Origin: Tortispora ganteri
Lineage: Eukaryota
Length of the DNA: 20,077 nucleotides
Reading direction: 5' to 3'
NCBI GenBank assembly: GCA_003707115.1
Contig: PPNB01000031.1
Span: 62,001-82,077, forward strand
Each line of letters starts with the position of its first letter. Position 1 is the first letter of the stretch. The notes beneath the pieces are model-generated. The model made no database searches. It saw only the letters and a list, made by a program, of their open reading frames with translations, and was not told where the DNA came from. Made by a program: the position numbers and the translations under genes. This document shows, one piece after another, positions 8,819-18,444 of this stretch.

Positions 8819-9619
8819 ATGTCTCGTTTGCCTCGCGATGAAAAAATCGTGACCGTGACAATTCATCCACATGGAGCCGATGTCTACAACGAAAAGATGT
8901 GGTTTTGGAAAAATGGTTATTTCGGCAAGGGTACCCTCAGTAGAAGCGAACCTACATGGTTTCGTCGTCAGACTTCCACTACTCCACTTGCTGAAGACAT
9001 AACAGTCCTTCGCCGTCAACAAAGACTTCAAGCCAAAGGCGCCGCCGAACTCGATAGCCTGGCCGTGTCTTCACAGCAGACAAAATCAATAAGTATGGCC
9101 GTAACCACCATTCCAAAAGAATTAAACGATACCGAAAACATCGAAGACATTGAATCGTTGAGGCTTAGTCCGGATGAGGTGCTGTTTCTGTCGTACGGCG
9201 TGGGTTGCATCAATCCATTACTGGCTGGCCGACCGGCTACGCTGGACGATTTACTGGTCACTTTTAATATGCAACTAGGATCAGAACTTTTGAGCAAATA
9301 CATCGCCTATCATCATTTCCGATCTCTTGGCTGGTGTGCACGCGACGGCGTCAAGTTTGGCGCCGATTATGTACTGTACCGCAAGGGTCCACCACACTCA
9401 CACGCCGAATTTGCAGTGATAGTACAGCCAACGCTGAACTGGCGTTCGTTGTCTGCACGTAATCGTGTAATAACGAATGTACGCAAGACGATGATTTTAG
9501 CGTATGTTGAGCATCCCACAACAATTAAACCGTATACGGACTTGAGTCTGTTGCTGGAGCAGTTCTCTATCAGGTTACAAACCGTACAACGCTGGTCGCC
9601 GTCACGTAACCGAGAATAA
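8819..9619 (+). CDS. SEN2: tRNA-splicing endonuclease catalytic subunit Sen2, 266 aa
   Basis: WKNGYFGKGTLSRSEPTW, E.L.L...E..FL, YHHFRSLGW, GVKFGADYVLYRKGPPHSHAEF, RK and RWSPSRNR motifs; catalytic Y/H/K residues present. Confidence 0.93.
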   Translation: MSRLPRDEKIVTVTIHPHGADVYNEKMWFWKNGYFGKGTLSRSEPTWFRRQTSTTPLAEDITVLRRQQRLQAKGAAELDSLAVSSQQTKSISMAVTTIPKELNDTENIEDIESLRLSPDEVLFLSYGVGCINPLLAGRPATLDDLLVTFNMQLGSELLSKYIAYHHFRSLGWCARDGVKFGADYVLYRKGPPHSHAEFAVIVQPTLNWRSLSARNRVITNVRKTMILAYVEHPTTIKPYTDLSLLLEQFSIRLQTVQRWSPSRNRE

Positions 9620-9854
9620 CGCGAAATAAACTAACGATTTACGAACTACAATAACTAATTAAAATTAACAAATATTAATAATTAAAGAAATGAAAGCAAT
9701 ATACTTCCACTCTTATATACTTAGACATTGATGAGCTTAAAACACATTATTCATTAAGAGAGATATTTAAAAAAAAACAATAACAAGTAAGAGTAAATAA
9801 ATACACATAAAACATTCAAGTAATTATGCAAATTATGATTTCATGAGTTCATGA

Positions 9855-11411
9855 TTAATTGCTGACAGGAGCAGCAGTCTCGACATCTTCTTCGTGAGTA
9901 GCATGTTCAGACGACTTCTCGTTGGAATCCAAAGGAAGAACAGCCTCCTCGGTGACTTCAATATGAGCACTTGCAGTCTTCCAGGCGGGAATCTTCTTTT
10001 GCCACATAACCTCAATTTCCTCAAGGGATTTACTTTTGGTCTCGGGGAACATGAAGAAAACATGGAAAAACATAGCAATGCAGAAGACACCAAAGATAAT
10101 ATATGTTCTCCATTGAATGTTAGTGAAAGCTGGTGGGACAAAGAAAGCCAAAGCGAAGTTGAAGATCCAGTTAAATGAAGCGCAGAAACCGTTGGCGACA
10201 GCACGCTGGTGGAGTGGGAAGATCTCAGAGACGTATAGCCAGATTCCAGGACCCCAAGTAGGTGCAAAGGAGGCAGTGAAAAGGTAGCTGCAGGCAATGA
10301 TAGCGCGAGAGGCAGGAGCAGATGTAACGATCCATCTCAAATTAGTATTTCCATCTACTGAATCGACGTAATGACCATAGTTAGCCATAATACCTGCAGT
10401 TGCGAACATGAAAGTCATCATAAGTACAGCACCAAGAAGGAGCATGGGACGACGGCCCCAAGAATCGATAAAGATCAATGCAGGAATAGTCATGACAACG
10501 TTAATAACATATTGAATAGATGAAGAGACAAGAACAGTATTGCCTTGATAGCCAGCCATTTGGAAAAGGTTGACAACATAGTACATAGCGACATTCATAC
10601 CTGTTAGCTGCTGCCAGATCTGTGCAGAGACACCAACAAAGGTACGTGTGCGAGAACCTTTAGCGAAAAGGTCAATAATTGAGACGTTCTTAGATTGACG
10701 GTTGATTTCCACAGAGATACGTACTTCCTCAAGTTCAGCCTTGGTACGTTCATCATCGAGATTGCCGTTAGATTCAATTTTCGATACGATGAAAGCAGCC
10801 TCTTCCCAGCGGTCTTTAGAAGCGAGCCAACGAGGAGATTCGGGGACGAGGAATAAACTAGCCATAAGAACAATACCGGGGAGGATCATAATACCCCAGG
10901 CAGTACGGAATGAAGCTGGTCCATCAATATGTGTGCAGCCATAAGAAATGTAGAACATGATCATAATACCCCAGGTGACAGCCCATTGAAAGAGTGAGCC
11001 GAGTCTACCACGAATACGCTTAGGGGCGATCTCAGAGATATATACGGGGACTTGCGAAGAAGCTAAACCAATACCAATACCTGCAATAAAACGTCCAATG
11101 ATGAGCTGTGCGAGGTTTTGGGATGAGCTCTGGATAGCAGCACCGACGACCCAGAAGAAACCGGCAGTCTGAATAGCAAGTTTTCGACCTTTCCAATCAG
11201 AGAGGGTACCAGCAATAAGAGCACCAACAAAGGAGCCACCGGACATTGAGGCAGTAATTCCACCTTGAGTAACAGAGTCAGGGTAACCGAAGTAAGAACG
11301 ATAAGCATCTTCGGAGACGAAGGCAGAGACGGACGAGATGTCGAAACCGAACATCATGCCGCCCACCGTCGCTATGAGGGCAGCAAAGTATGGATTATAT
11401 ACCTTGTACAT
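9855..11411 (-). CDS. HGT1: High-affinity glucose/hexose transporter, MFS sugar porter family (HGT1-like), 518 aa
   Basis: GGMMFGFDISS, GGITASMSGGSFVG, DWKGRK, YISEIAP, PESPRWL, QIWQQLTGMN, GRR and PETK motifs; 12 TM pattern. Start placed at ATG 11411 because the track start is non-ATG. Confidence 0.9.
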   Translation of the reverse strand: MYKVYNPYFAALIATVGGMMFGFDISSVSAFVSEDAYRSYFGYPDSVTQGGITASMSGGSFVGALIAGTLSDWKGRKLAIQTAGFFWVVGAAIQSSSQNLAQLIIGRFIAGIGIGLASSQVPVYISEIAPKRIRGRLGSLFQWAVTWGIMIMFYISYGCTHIDGPASFRTAWGIMILPGIVLMASLFLVPESPRWLASKDRWEEAAFIVSKIESNGNLDDERTKAELEEVRISVEINRQSKNVSIIDLFAKGSRTRTFVGVSAQIWQQLTGMNVAMYYVVNLFQMAGYQGNTVLVSSSIQYVINVVMTIPALIFIDSWGRRPMLLLGAVLMMTFMFATAGIMANYGHYVDSVDGNTNLRWIVTSAPASRAIIACSYLFTASFAPTWGPGIWLYVSEIFPLHQRAVANGFCASFNWIFNFALAFFVPPAFTNIQWRTYIIFGVFCIAMFFHVFFMFPETKSKSLEEIEVMWQKKIPAWKTASAHIEVTEEAVLPLDSNEKSSEHATHEEDVETAAPVSN

Positions 11412-11473
11412 TATGCAAACTGGAAGATGTATGTCTTTTGCGAACAAACGAACAAATCAAATATTAGTATCAG

Positions 11474-12445
11474 AAAAAAGCGGGGAAATTGAATCAGAAG
11501 CTGTTATATTTATACTTAATGGAACACGCGCCTGTCTTATACGTATGCGGCGAAATTTTGAAAGTAGTACCCCAGAATTTTCCGATGTTAGAGTTAAAGT
11601 TAGAGTTTCTAAGCTCTCAGGAGCCTGAGAGAGTTTCCGCAAGCAAACTGAAAATCGCAAGAACCCGAAAGGTAAAAGAAGCCAATGACATCGAAAAGTG
11701 GGGGGATTAATGTGGCAATAATCGGCAGAAGAAATAATGAAGTCACACGGATCAACTAAAACGGTAATACTTAGAGTAACATGCCGATTGTGCTGAATGT
11801 ACTTGAAAAGAGGGAATTCTAGTAATATGTTGATGTGGGGTATAATGAGTTGCAGGGTTTAATTTAAACGAAATTAAACTAGTCTAAAGAATAGTGACAT
11901 AGCTCAACATACACAATATGTAATCAGTTTGTCAGCCAAGCCCATCGCCAAAATTAAAAAAAGGGCGCAGTAAGAGTAAACCGCACCTTAAACACTTTTT
12001 CGGTAGGACCCGCCCTTCCCCGGAAAAATACGCCTTTAAGCGAAAACTGAAACAGTAAGCATAAATAACGGAAAAAGTTCAAATTTTAAAGAAAGTTTCC
12101 TTAATAAAGTTACTAATACATCCCTTTTTTACCTCATTTTGAGGTCGCACAAATCTAATAAGCTCATATGAACTGTTTTTAACTTAAACCATTACTACCT
12201 TTTAGACTCTAGGAAAGCCGTACAAAGCTTATGGACCCTAATGCAAATTCAACTCATTACTTCCTTCGCATTACTGGTGGTATGCTTTTAGTATTGGTAG
12301 TAATCGGCAAATTGTTCTCCCGTTGCGCCTTTTAATTCTCAGCCGCTCGATCCCTCAAATCCCTATATCTTCCTGAATAGATCGATCCGATATAATCACT
12401 CTATACCACTGCGATTCACCAATATTTCGCATTTCCCCGCTTTTT
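11474..12445. promoter_or_regulatory. Glucose-regulation motif cluster upstream of HGT1 (Mig1/CreA-type and Rgt1-type sites, TATA)
   Basis: AT-flanked SYGGGG sites at 11474-11485, 11570-11580 (minus), 11694-11704 and 12435-12445 (minus). CGGANNA sites at 11578-11584 (minus), 11748, 12021 and 12069. TATAAA on the minus strand at 11514-11509. Confidence 0.5.
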
Positions 12446-13483
12446 TTTTTTATTCTCTCCTTAATGTAACCGGCCAAAACCATTTTGTACGAGCCCCAAC
12501 ATTTCACACGCGCTGCGCAGGTAGCCAATGTTCGTGTTCGATTACGACCCCGGCCTCCTAAACCGTGTCACGCAGTCACGCCCGCTCGCATCGCTATACC
12601 TTATAAAGAATTCTTCAATTCTATCCAATCGCAAGTCTTCTTCAGAAATTTTCGCATTGTTGATGTGATATCTATCAAGGTCTCGCGCTTTCTCGCGCTT
12701 TTCTTATAGGCTCCCCTCGATCAAAGTCGCTCGGCCGACATGTCCTTCTGTTGATTCTACTACATTGTTCGCTCTTTTCATGTCAAACTGAAACTTCTTC
12801 TCCTGAATGCAGTAGGTACTACTACCATTGTTAACGTTCATAATCTTTACGATTAAATGTTGACTGCTTATTCACTCTAGCCCTCTTCCGAACAAGGTTA
12901 CACTCTATACATGTGACAGCAGATCCGTAGACCCTCGGCCGCAAATCCCGGCTGCGAATGGACCGAGGTGAAGCAATCATTACATCGGCACCTCACTGTT
13001 ACATAATTAACTAGTTAATGTGCTATATACAAGTAACAAGTTCCAGATCTTTCACTTGTCTCTATATCTGATCAAATTTTCACTCGTCCGTTCAATTGAT
13101 CAGATCCCACGCGCCGACCCTCTATTATTTATCAGAAAACAATCGAATGCGATGAATTATTAACATAACTTTATTTCCATATATTATCCTTGTAATTTTT
13201 AGTTCAAACTATAGTCAGAATCTGTAAGAATTATTTGAGATTCATCTCATATCTCCAACTGTTAATGGAAAGCGATAAAACATTCAGCTCCACATTATCG
13301 CGGTCATTGTACCTTATTGGGCGTTCGCTACCTGACTTAGCGATCAGTTTGTCAATTGTTCGACATTATTCATCAATCCTGTCCAGCTTCGAAATGTAAA
13401 TATCTTATAGATGATTAAATAGAACTGGCAGGTGCAAAGCAGTACCGTTTGCGAACTTGAGAAACCAAAAAAATAACAATAAT

Positions 13484-13492
13484 AAAAAAAAA
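13484..13492 (-). terminator. RNA polymerase III oligo-T terminator of tRNA-Pro
   Basis: T9 run on the minus strand starting 2 nt after the discriminator base. Confidence 0.85.
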
Positions 13493-13494
13493 TT

Positions 13495-13566
13495 GGGCCG
13501 GGCCGGGAATTGAACCCGGGACCACTCGCACCCAAAGCGAGTATCATACGACTAGACCACACGGCC
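13495..13566 (-). tRNA. tRNA-Pro(UGG), intronless, 72 nt
   Basis: GGCCGTGTGGTCTAGTCGTATGATACTCGCTTTGGGTGCGAGTGGTCCCGGGTTCAATTCCCGGCCCGGCCC. Anticodon stem CTCGC/GCGAG, loop TT-TGG-GT, T-arm CCGGG-TTCAATT-CCCGG. Upstream TATATA at about -30. Confidence 0.93.
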
Positions 13567-13836
13567 AATTTAAGTTAAACCTGTCTTAGACCTATATAAG
13601 CCTATGACTTGAATACTACTGAAAAACAGTTTTGAAGTTTTTTTATATTTCTCACGATTCAGTAATTTGAGTGACTTATTAATTTATTTAAGGTACTAGA
13701 TAACCAAAAATACCCCATCACTACAACTAAATCTCTCAGAATACATCTTTATAACAATTTAAGACATATACATACATTTGAAACCTTTAACGCAAATACT
13801 CAACATTCACCTCTCCCAATCTAGCCACGTAACGAT

Positions 13837-14160
13837 ATGCGAGTATTACTCTTAGCCGGCCTAGCATACGCTCAGTTTGGCGATTTCTTTGGTTTTGGAG
13901 GAAACAGACAGCCGTCAAAAAAGGCTGCCAGTCACGATATATACCTGAACCTCAACAAAGACCTTGAATGCTCTAAATACCTTTGTCCTAATAGTTTCGC
14001 ATGTGTCGACAAACCCATCGACTGTCCCTGTTCCTTCCCTGATTCTGAAGTCAAATGCATACTACCTGATAAATCGTCGTTTGTATGTATATCAAAGCCA
14101 GATACAAACAATGGTAGAACTTGCGATTTTGTGAACAAAGCGTACAACGGCAAAATATAA
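13837..14160 (+). CDS. LCL2: Long chronological lifespan protein 2 (small Cys-rich ER/secretory protein), 107 aa
   Basis: Signal peptide followed by FFGF, then C..YLCP....CV..P.DCPC.FP..E.KC.L....FVCISKP....C.FV..AY.G. Confidence 0.88.
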   Translation: MRVLLLAGLAYAQFGDFFGFGGNRQPSKKAASHDIYLNLNKDLECSKYLCPNSFACVDKPIDCPCSFPDSEVKCILPDKSSFVCISKPDTNNGRTCDFVNKAYNGKI

Positions 14161-14373
14161 CTAATGCTAATACCTTTAACAAGTCTTCGAGGAAGACACA
14201 CATACACACAACCACACGAACAACTGCGTTCATTTCTTTCACTGCTTATTTCCACGCCGATTTATTATAAACTTATATCTAATAACATTTATTTAACATA
14301 CATTTTAATTTGTAGCTGTTCTTGCGTATTCCGTTTATACTCACCGAGATAGTCTAGCGTATGTGTCCAGTTA

Positions 14374-14415
14374 TAGGGTTTGGTTGTTATGTCAACTTAC
14401 GCCCTAACCAGTCAC
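14374..14415 (+). promoter_or_regulatory. RPS6 promoter: inverted TAGGGT...GCCCTAA (Tbf1/telobox-type) plus CAGTCAC (Homol-D-like)
   Basis: TAGGGT at 14374-14379, GCCCTAAC at 14401-14408 (21-nt spacer), CAGTCAC at 14409-14415, about 60-100 nt upstream of the ATG. Confidence 0.6.
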
Positions 14416-14471
14416 GTTTTACATCTACAACCACCCAACACAGACTCAATGATACCAATTCACCAGCGACA

Positions 14472-15331
14472 ATGAAGGTATGTATAATTTTTGGAGACAA
14501 AGCGCCCACGTATATGAGCGATATGTCGTGAAGTTACAGATATTTAAGAATTTCGTTAATCAAAATCATCTGAATAAAAATGAACGTAATACTAACGCCA
14601 ACTAGTTGAACATCGCATATCCCGCCAATGGCACACAAAAATTGATTGATATTGATGATGAGCAACGCGTACGCGTGTTTTACGAAAAGCGAATGGGACA
14701 GGAAGTTGCCGGAGATTCTATTGGAGATGAATTTAAAGGTTACGTTTTCAAAATCACTGGAGGTAACGATAAGCAAGGTTTTCCTATGAAGCAAGGTGTC
14801 ATGCATCCCACCCGTGTTCGTCTTTTACTGGCAAAGGGACACTCATGCTATCGTCCGCGTCGTACAGGTGAGCGAAAGCGCAAATCTGTTCGTGGATGCA
14901 TTGTTGGACCCGATCTCGCTGTTTTGTCCTTGGTTGTAGTCAAACAGGGTGACAACGAAATTGAAGGTTTAACCGATGCTTCAGTCCCCCGCCGTCTTGG
15001 ACCTAAGCGTGCCAACAAGATCCGTAAAATGTTTAATCTCGACAAGGATGATGATGTTCGCAAGTTTGTTGTTCGTCGTGAGGTCGTAAAGGGCGAAAAG
15101 AAATATACAAAGGCTCCTAAGATCCAACGTCTTATTACTCCTCAACGTCTCCAACGCAAGCGTCATGAGAGAGCCCTTAGAGAACGTCGTGCTGAAGCTG
15201 CTCGCAATGCCGCTGCTAATTACGCCGAGCTCCTTGCTAAGCGTATTGGTGAAGAACGTGCCAAGAAGGCTGAGATCCGCAAACGTCGTGCTTCTTCTCT
15301 CCGTGCTTCCCACTCAGTTGCTGCCAACTAA
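14472..15331 (+). CDS. RPS6: 40S ribosomal protein eS6; exons 14472-14477 and 14606-15331, intron 14478-14605
   Basis: [35 protein letters not shown] and the RRASSLR phospho-motif. Intron GTATGT...TACTAAC (14590-14596)...TAG. Confidence 0.97.
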
Positions 15332-15446
15332 TTACGGATAGTGATGTTTTCTCCCTGCTGAATAGCAAGTTTATGCCGGTCTATCTAGACAAAAAATGTA
15401 TTACACTCTATAAGATGCGTAGTTCTAGTAGTTTTTTGTTTTTCCC

Positions 15447-16343
15447 TTATGTTTTTGCTAGCAGATCTTTGTACTCGTTAGCTCGCAGAGGGTCCTTCTC
15501 CATGAGGTTCTGCAGCAGCTGCACAGCGCGAGTAGCACATGTGTTTGGCTGATACCTTCGGTATAGTTTTGTAAGAGTTTCCATGCACCATATAGCGTCA
15601 GGCTCCTCTTCCAGCAACTCTTCGAGCTCTTTAATTTCATTCTGTACAATTCTCAGTTGCTCATCGTCGTCGAAGTTCTGCAGCACCCACAGGTAGTAGT
15701 ACCAGGGCGACTCGTCGAACGGGTCCATGAAGATAACTTCCTTGATGAGTCCCAGCTCTTTTGTGAACAAAGCAGACCTGTCTTGTGCGTTTAAGGAGAG
15801 TTTCGACGTGAGTTGTGCGCGGTTGAACCAAGCAGAGTAGTTGCTAAGGTTTCGTTTAATGTGCTTTTCTGTGTATGCGAGTTCAGAATCAACGAGATTT
15901 GTTTTCTGGGTTTCCTCCATACACTGGATAACAAATCTGCGGTATGCCCATCCGTGGAAGTTGCGGCCGTCTGCTTCCAGAAGCATATCGACCAGTGCTA
16001 GCTCCTGGTCCCATGAAATCGCAGATGGGTCAACTTGAAGTAGCCACTTGCGGTAGTTCCAGAGCCAATACACTTTCGGTTTCGCTTTCAGTTTCAGTGT
16101 AATGTATGATAGCTCTTTGTTGACAATTTTAGGATTAAGAGACTTGCCATGTAAAGCGATTAAAATGTCTCTTCTCATGTTCCATGCTGTATACAGTTCT
16201 GGATTGAGATCAAGAATTGACGTAGTAAGAGCCAAAGTCTCATTATTGTACGTTCTTTTACTCCTTAAATCAAACAATTGTTCCTTCAATTCAATAAACC
16301 GATCGATTCTCTCCCGCTTTTTACTCTTTTGTTCGGAAATCAT
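15447..16343 (-). CDS. BET4: Rab geranylgeranyltransferase (GGTase II) alpha subunit, ~298 aa
   Basis: PFTA repeats NPELYTAWNMRR, PKVYWLWNYRKW, DGRNFHGWAYRR, NLSNYSAWFNR and DPFDESPWYY, plus C-terminal DPLR. Start chosen at ATG 16343; the upstream ATG 16451 is only 40 nt from the PRS stop. Confidence 0.88.
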   Translation of the reverse strand: MISEQKSKKRERIDRFIELKEQLFDLRSKRTYNNETLALTTSILDLNPELYTAWNMRRDILIALHGKSLNPKIVNKELSYITLKLKAKPKVYWLWNYRKWLLQVDPSAISWDQELALVDMLLEADGRNFHGWAYRRFVIQCMEETQKTNLVDSELAYTEKHIKRNLSNYSAWFNRAQLTSKLSLNAQDRSALFTKELGLIKEVIFMDPFDESPWYYYLWVLQNFDDDEQLRIVQNEIKELEELLEEEPDAIWCMETLTKLYRRYQPNTCATRAVQLLQNLMEKDPLRANEYKDLLAKT

Positions 16344-16427
16344 ATCGAGATCTAAGATTGTGGGGATATACTTGAGGTGTATTTCAGGTCCATAATAAGG
16401 TTTATGATAGAGACAATAGTAATAGGT

Positions 16428-16459
16428 TTTGACATTTAGGTATTTAGGCATTTAGGCAT
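16428..16459. repeat. Short degenerate 8-nt tandem repeat (ATGCCTAA x ~4 on the minus strand)
   Basis: Minus strand atgcctaa atgcctaa atacctaa atgtcaaa in the PRS-BET4 spacer. Confidence 0.6.
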
Positions 16460-16490
16460 TTTATTAAATGATGAATCATTTTCAAACCTT

Positions 16491-17447
16491 TCAAGGCGCA
16501 TGTGTAAACAAATACGAGACGGACTCGCCGTTGTGAAGACGGCGGATAGCTTCAGCGAGAGTCGCAGAGATATCGATCGTCGCAAGTTTAGGGCACATTT
16601 TCATCTTATCACCAAGCGGCACGGTATTGGTGCATATTACGTTTGTGAGTTTCGAGTTGTTGATACGCTCAATAGCATTTCCTGACAAAATGCCATGAGT
16701 GACAAGAGCAATGACTGCCTCGGCATTGTGCTGTGTCAGCGTCTCGGCAGCTTTCGCGAGTGTGCCGCATGTATCGGCCATGTCATCGACAAGGATACAT
16801 ATCTTGTTACTAACATCTCCTACAAGCACCATACGCGAAATTTCGTTGGCGCGAGGACGTTCTTTGTGAATAAGCGCAAAGTTCAGGTCCAAACGGTCAG
16901 CAAGTGCTGCAGCGCGTTTAGCTCCACCAGCATCAGGCGATACAATCACAGCGTTAGAGTAGTCGATATTCTCCTTGATATAACGGATCACACTTGGTTC
17001 AGCGTACAAGTTGTCCACGGGCACGTCAAAAAATCCTTGAATCTGAGAAGCGTGCAGATCCATAGTAATCACGTGGTTGCACCCAGCTGTCTGAAGCATG
17101 TTGGCCATAAGTTTCGCCGTAATCGGTGCCCGGCTCTTATCCTTCTTATCCTGTCGAGCATACGGGAAACTTGGAATCACACAAGTGATTCTTCTAGCTG
17201 ACGCCGTCTTACACGCGTTAATCATAATAAGCAGTTCCATCAAATGATCGTTGACGGAATTCGATCCCGTTTGTAGAATGAAAACATCCTCATCACGTAC
17301 TGATTCACCAATAGTCACTGCAGTCTCCATATTCGCGTAACGAGATACTTTGACCTTACATAGCGGAATACCTAGTTTCTCGCTTACAAGGTTTGCAAGC
17401 TCTGGATGCGAGTTACCTGCAAGCAGCTTGATTGAATTGGTAGCCAT
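16491..17447 (-). CDS. PRS3: Ribose-phosphate pyrophosphokinase (PRS2/3/4 clade), 318 aa
   Basis: [67 protein letters not shown] and [17 protein letters not shown]. The exact paralog assignment is uncertain. Confidence 0.93.
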   Translation of the reverse strand: MATNSIKLLAGNSHPELANLVSEKLGIPLCKVKVSRYANMETAVTIGESVRDEDVFILQTGSNSVNDHLMELLIMINACKTASARRITCVIPSFPYARQDKKDKSRAPITAKLMANMLQTAGCNHVITMDLHASQIQGFFDVPVDNLYAEPSVIRYIKENIDYSNAVIVSPDAGGAKRAAALADRLDLNFALIHKERPRANEISRMVLVGDVSNKICILVDDMADTCGTLAKAAETLTQHNAEAVIALVTHGILSGNAIERINNSKLTNVICTNTVPLGDKMKMCPKLATIDISATLAEAIRRLHNGESVSYLFTHAP

Positions 17448-17951
17448 ATCTGTTAATTGTACTTGGCACGGTTTGATCTTTCAGTGAAACTCAACCAGGC
17501 TTTCGAAAACTGTTAGTACCGCAAAAATAATAAACCAATAAATGACCACGAAATGAGCGTCAGGATCTCTTTTTAATTTGCTTCACAAGCTGATTAAAAG
17601 AGAAGAAAGTGTAGCTGGAAAAAATGGAGGGTCAGCTGGACAAATGGTAGGTATGATTTAGCCCCTCCCATTGGCCAGATATTTTTTTTCTTTTTTTTAC
17701 TTGGGATTAATATGTGCGGCTCAATATTACTACCCTGCCCGGAGAAGGCAAGAAACAGTACTGGTGCCAGTAATACGCACTATTAAGCAGTCTAGACTAA
17801 TTAATTAATATTCTTGAAATGCTATAGGGCCTTCCTATGAGCAACCGAGTTTTGAGATATGCTAAGTGTCATGTAGTCGTTAACGGGGCAAGATAGTCCC
17901 GCGAAGAATTGCAATCAAGTACTTATTAAGTACTCAATAATAAGAAAAGAA

Positions 17952-18176
17952 TCATACTGCAACTGCAATAGCCTGTGTTTTCTCGGCAATATATTCCGGC
18001 TCAAAAATTACTTGAATCATTAATGAGCAGGAAGGACACACAGCAGTGTCTTCGCCTTCAGCAAGATCCCATATAGTAATCTGGAACTTATCGCCACAGG
18101 GACATGGGTATGTGAATATCTGAAGGTCAGGATCGTACGTCATGTCTTCGATCTCTATTTCGTCGTAAAATGACAT
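17952..18176 (-). CDS. KTI11: Diphthamide biosynthesis / Elongator electron donor Dph3 (CSL zinc finger), 74 aa
   Basis: MSFYDEIEIEDMTYD...YPCPCGDKF...AVCPSCSLMIQV. True start is ATG 18176, not the track start. Confidence 0.95.
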   Translation of the reverse strand: MSFYDEIEIEDMTYDPDLQIFTYPCPCGDKFQITIWDLAEGEDTAVCPSCSLMIQVIFEPEYIAEKTQAIAVAV

Positions 18177-18444
18177 CCTGAATGCGAGTATAAAGGGTTT
18201 CGGATTCTTTACGGCAAATATTCTATTCAAAGGGTAGATAAAAAGAATGGTAAGTCGAAGGTTGTACTTGTATATAACCCTGAACCCAATTCTCAGCAAG
18301 ACGTTTATATGTATATAATAGCTATCTAAATATGTGAATTTCAATTTCAGCTGCAATGTATTCCATTAGAGCTTGAAAATTTATTCCTTATTGCAATATA
18401 GAAAGGTATATGTCCGCATCGAGTAACCCAATCACATTCCGCTA

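Noticed and set aside
13344..13568. 74-aa ORF over the tRNA
   Set aside because: Non-ATG start and simply a translation of the tRNA-Pro gene and its T-rich terminator.
14478..14605. Possible snoRNA inside the RPS6 intron
   Set aside because: A CTGA is present but there is no canonical box C, guide or H/ACA hairpins.
16695..17201. 168-aa + strand ORF
   Set aside because: Antisense to the highly conserved PRS gene with no protein-like features.
18177..18356. 60-aa N-terminal extension of Dph3 in the ORF track
   Set aside because: Non-ATG start in AT-rich promoter DNA; homology begins at MSFYDEIEIEDM.
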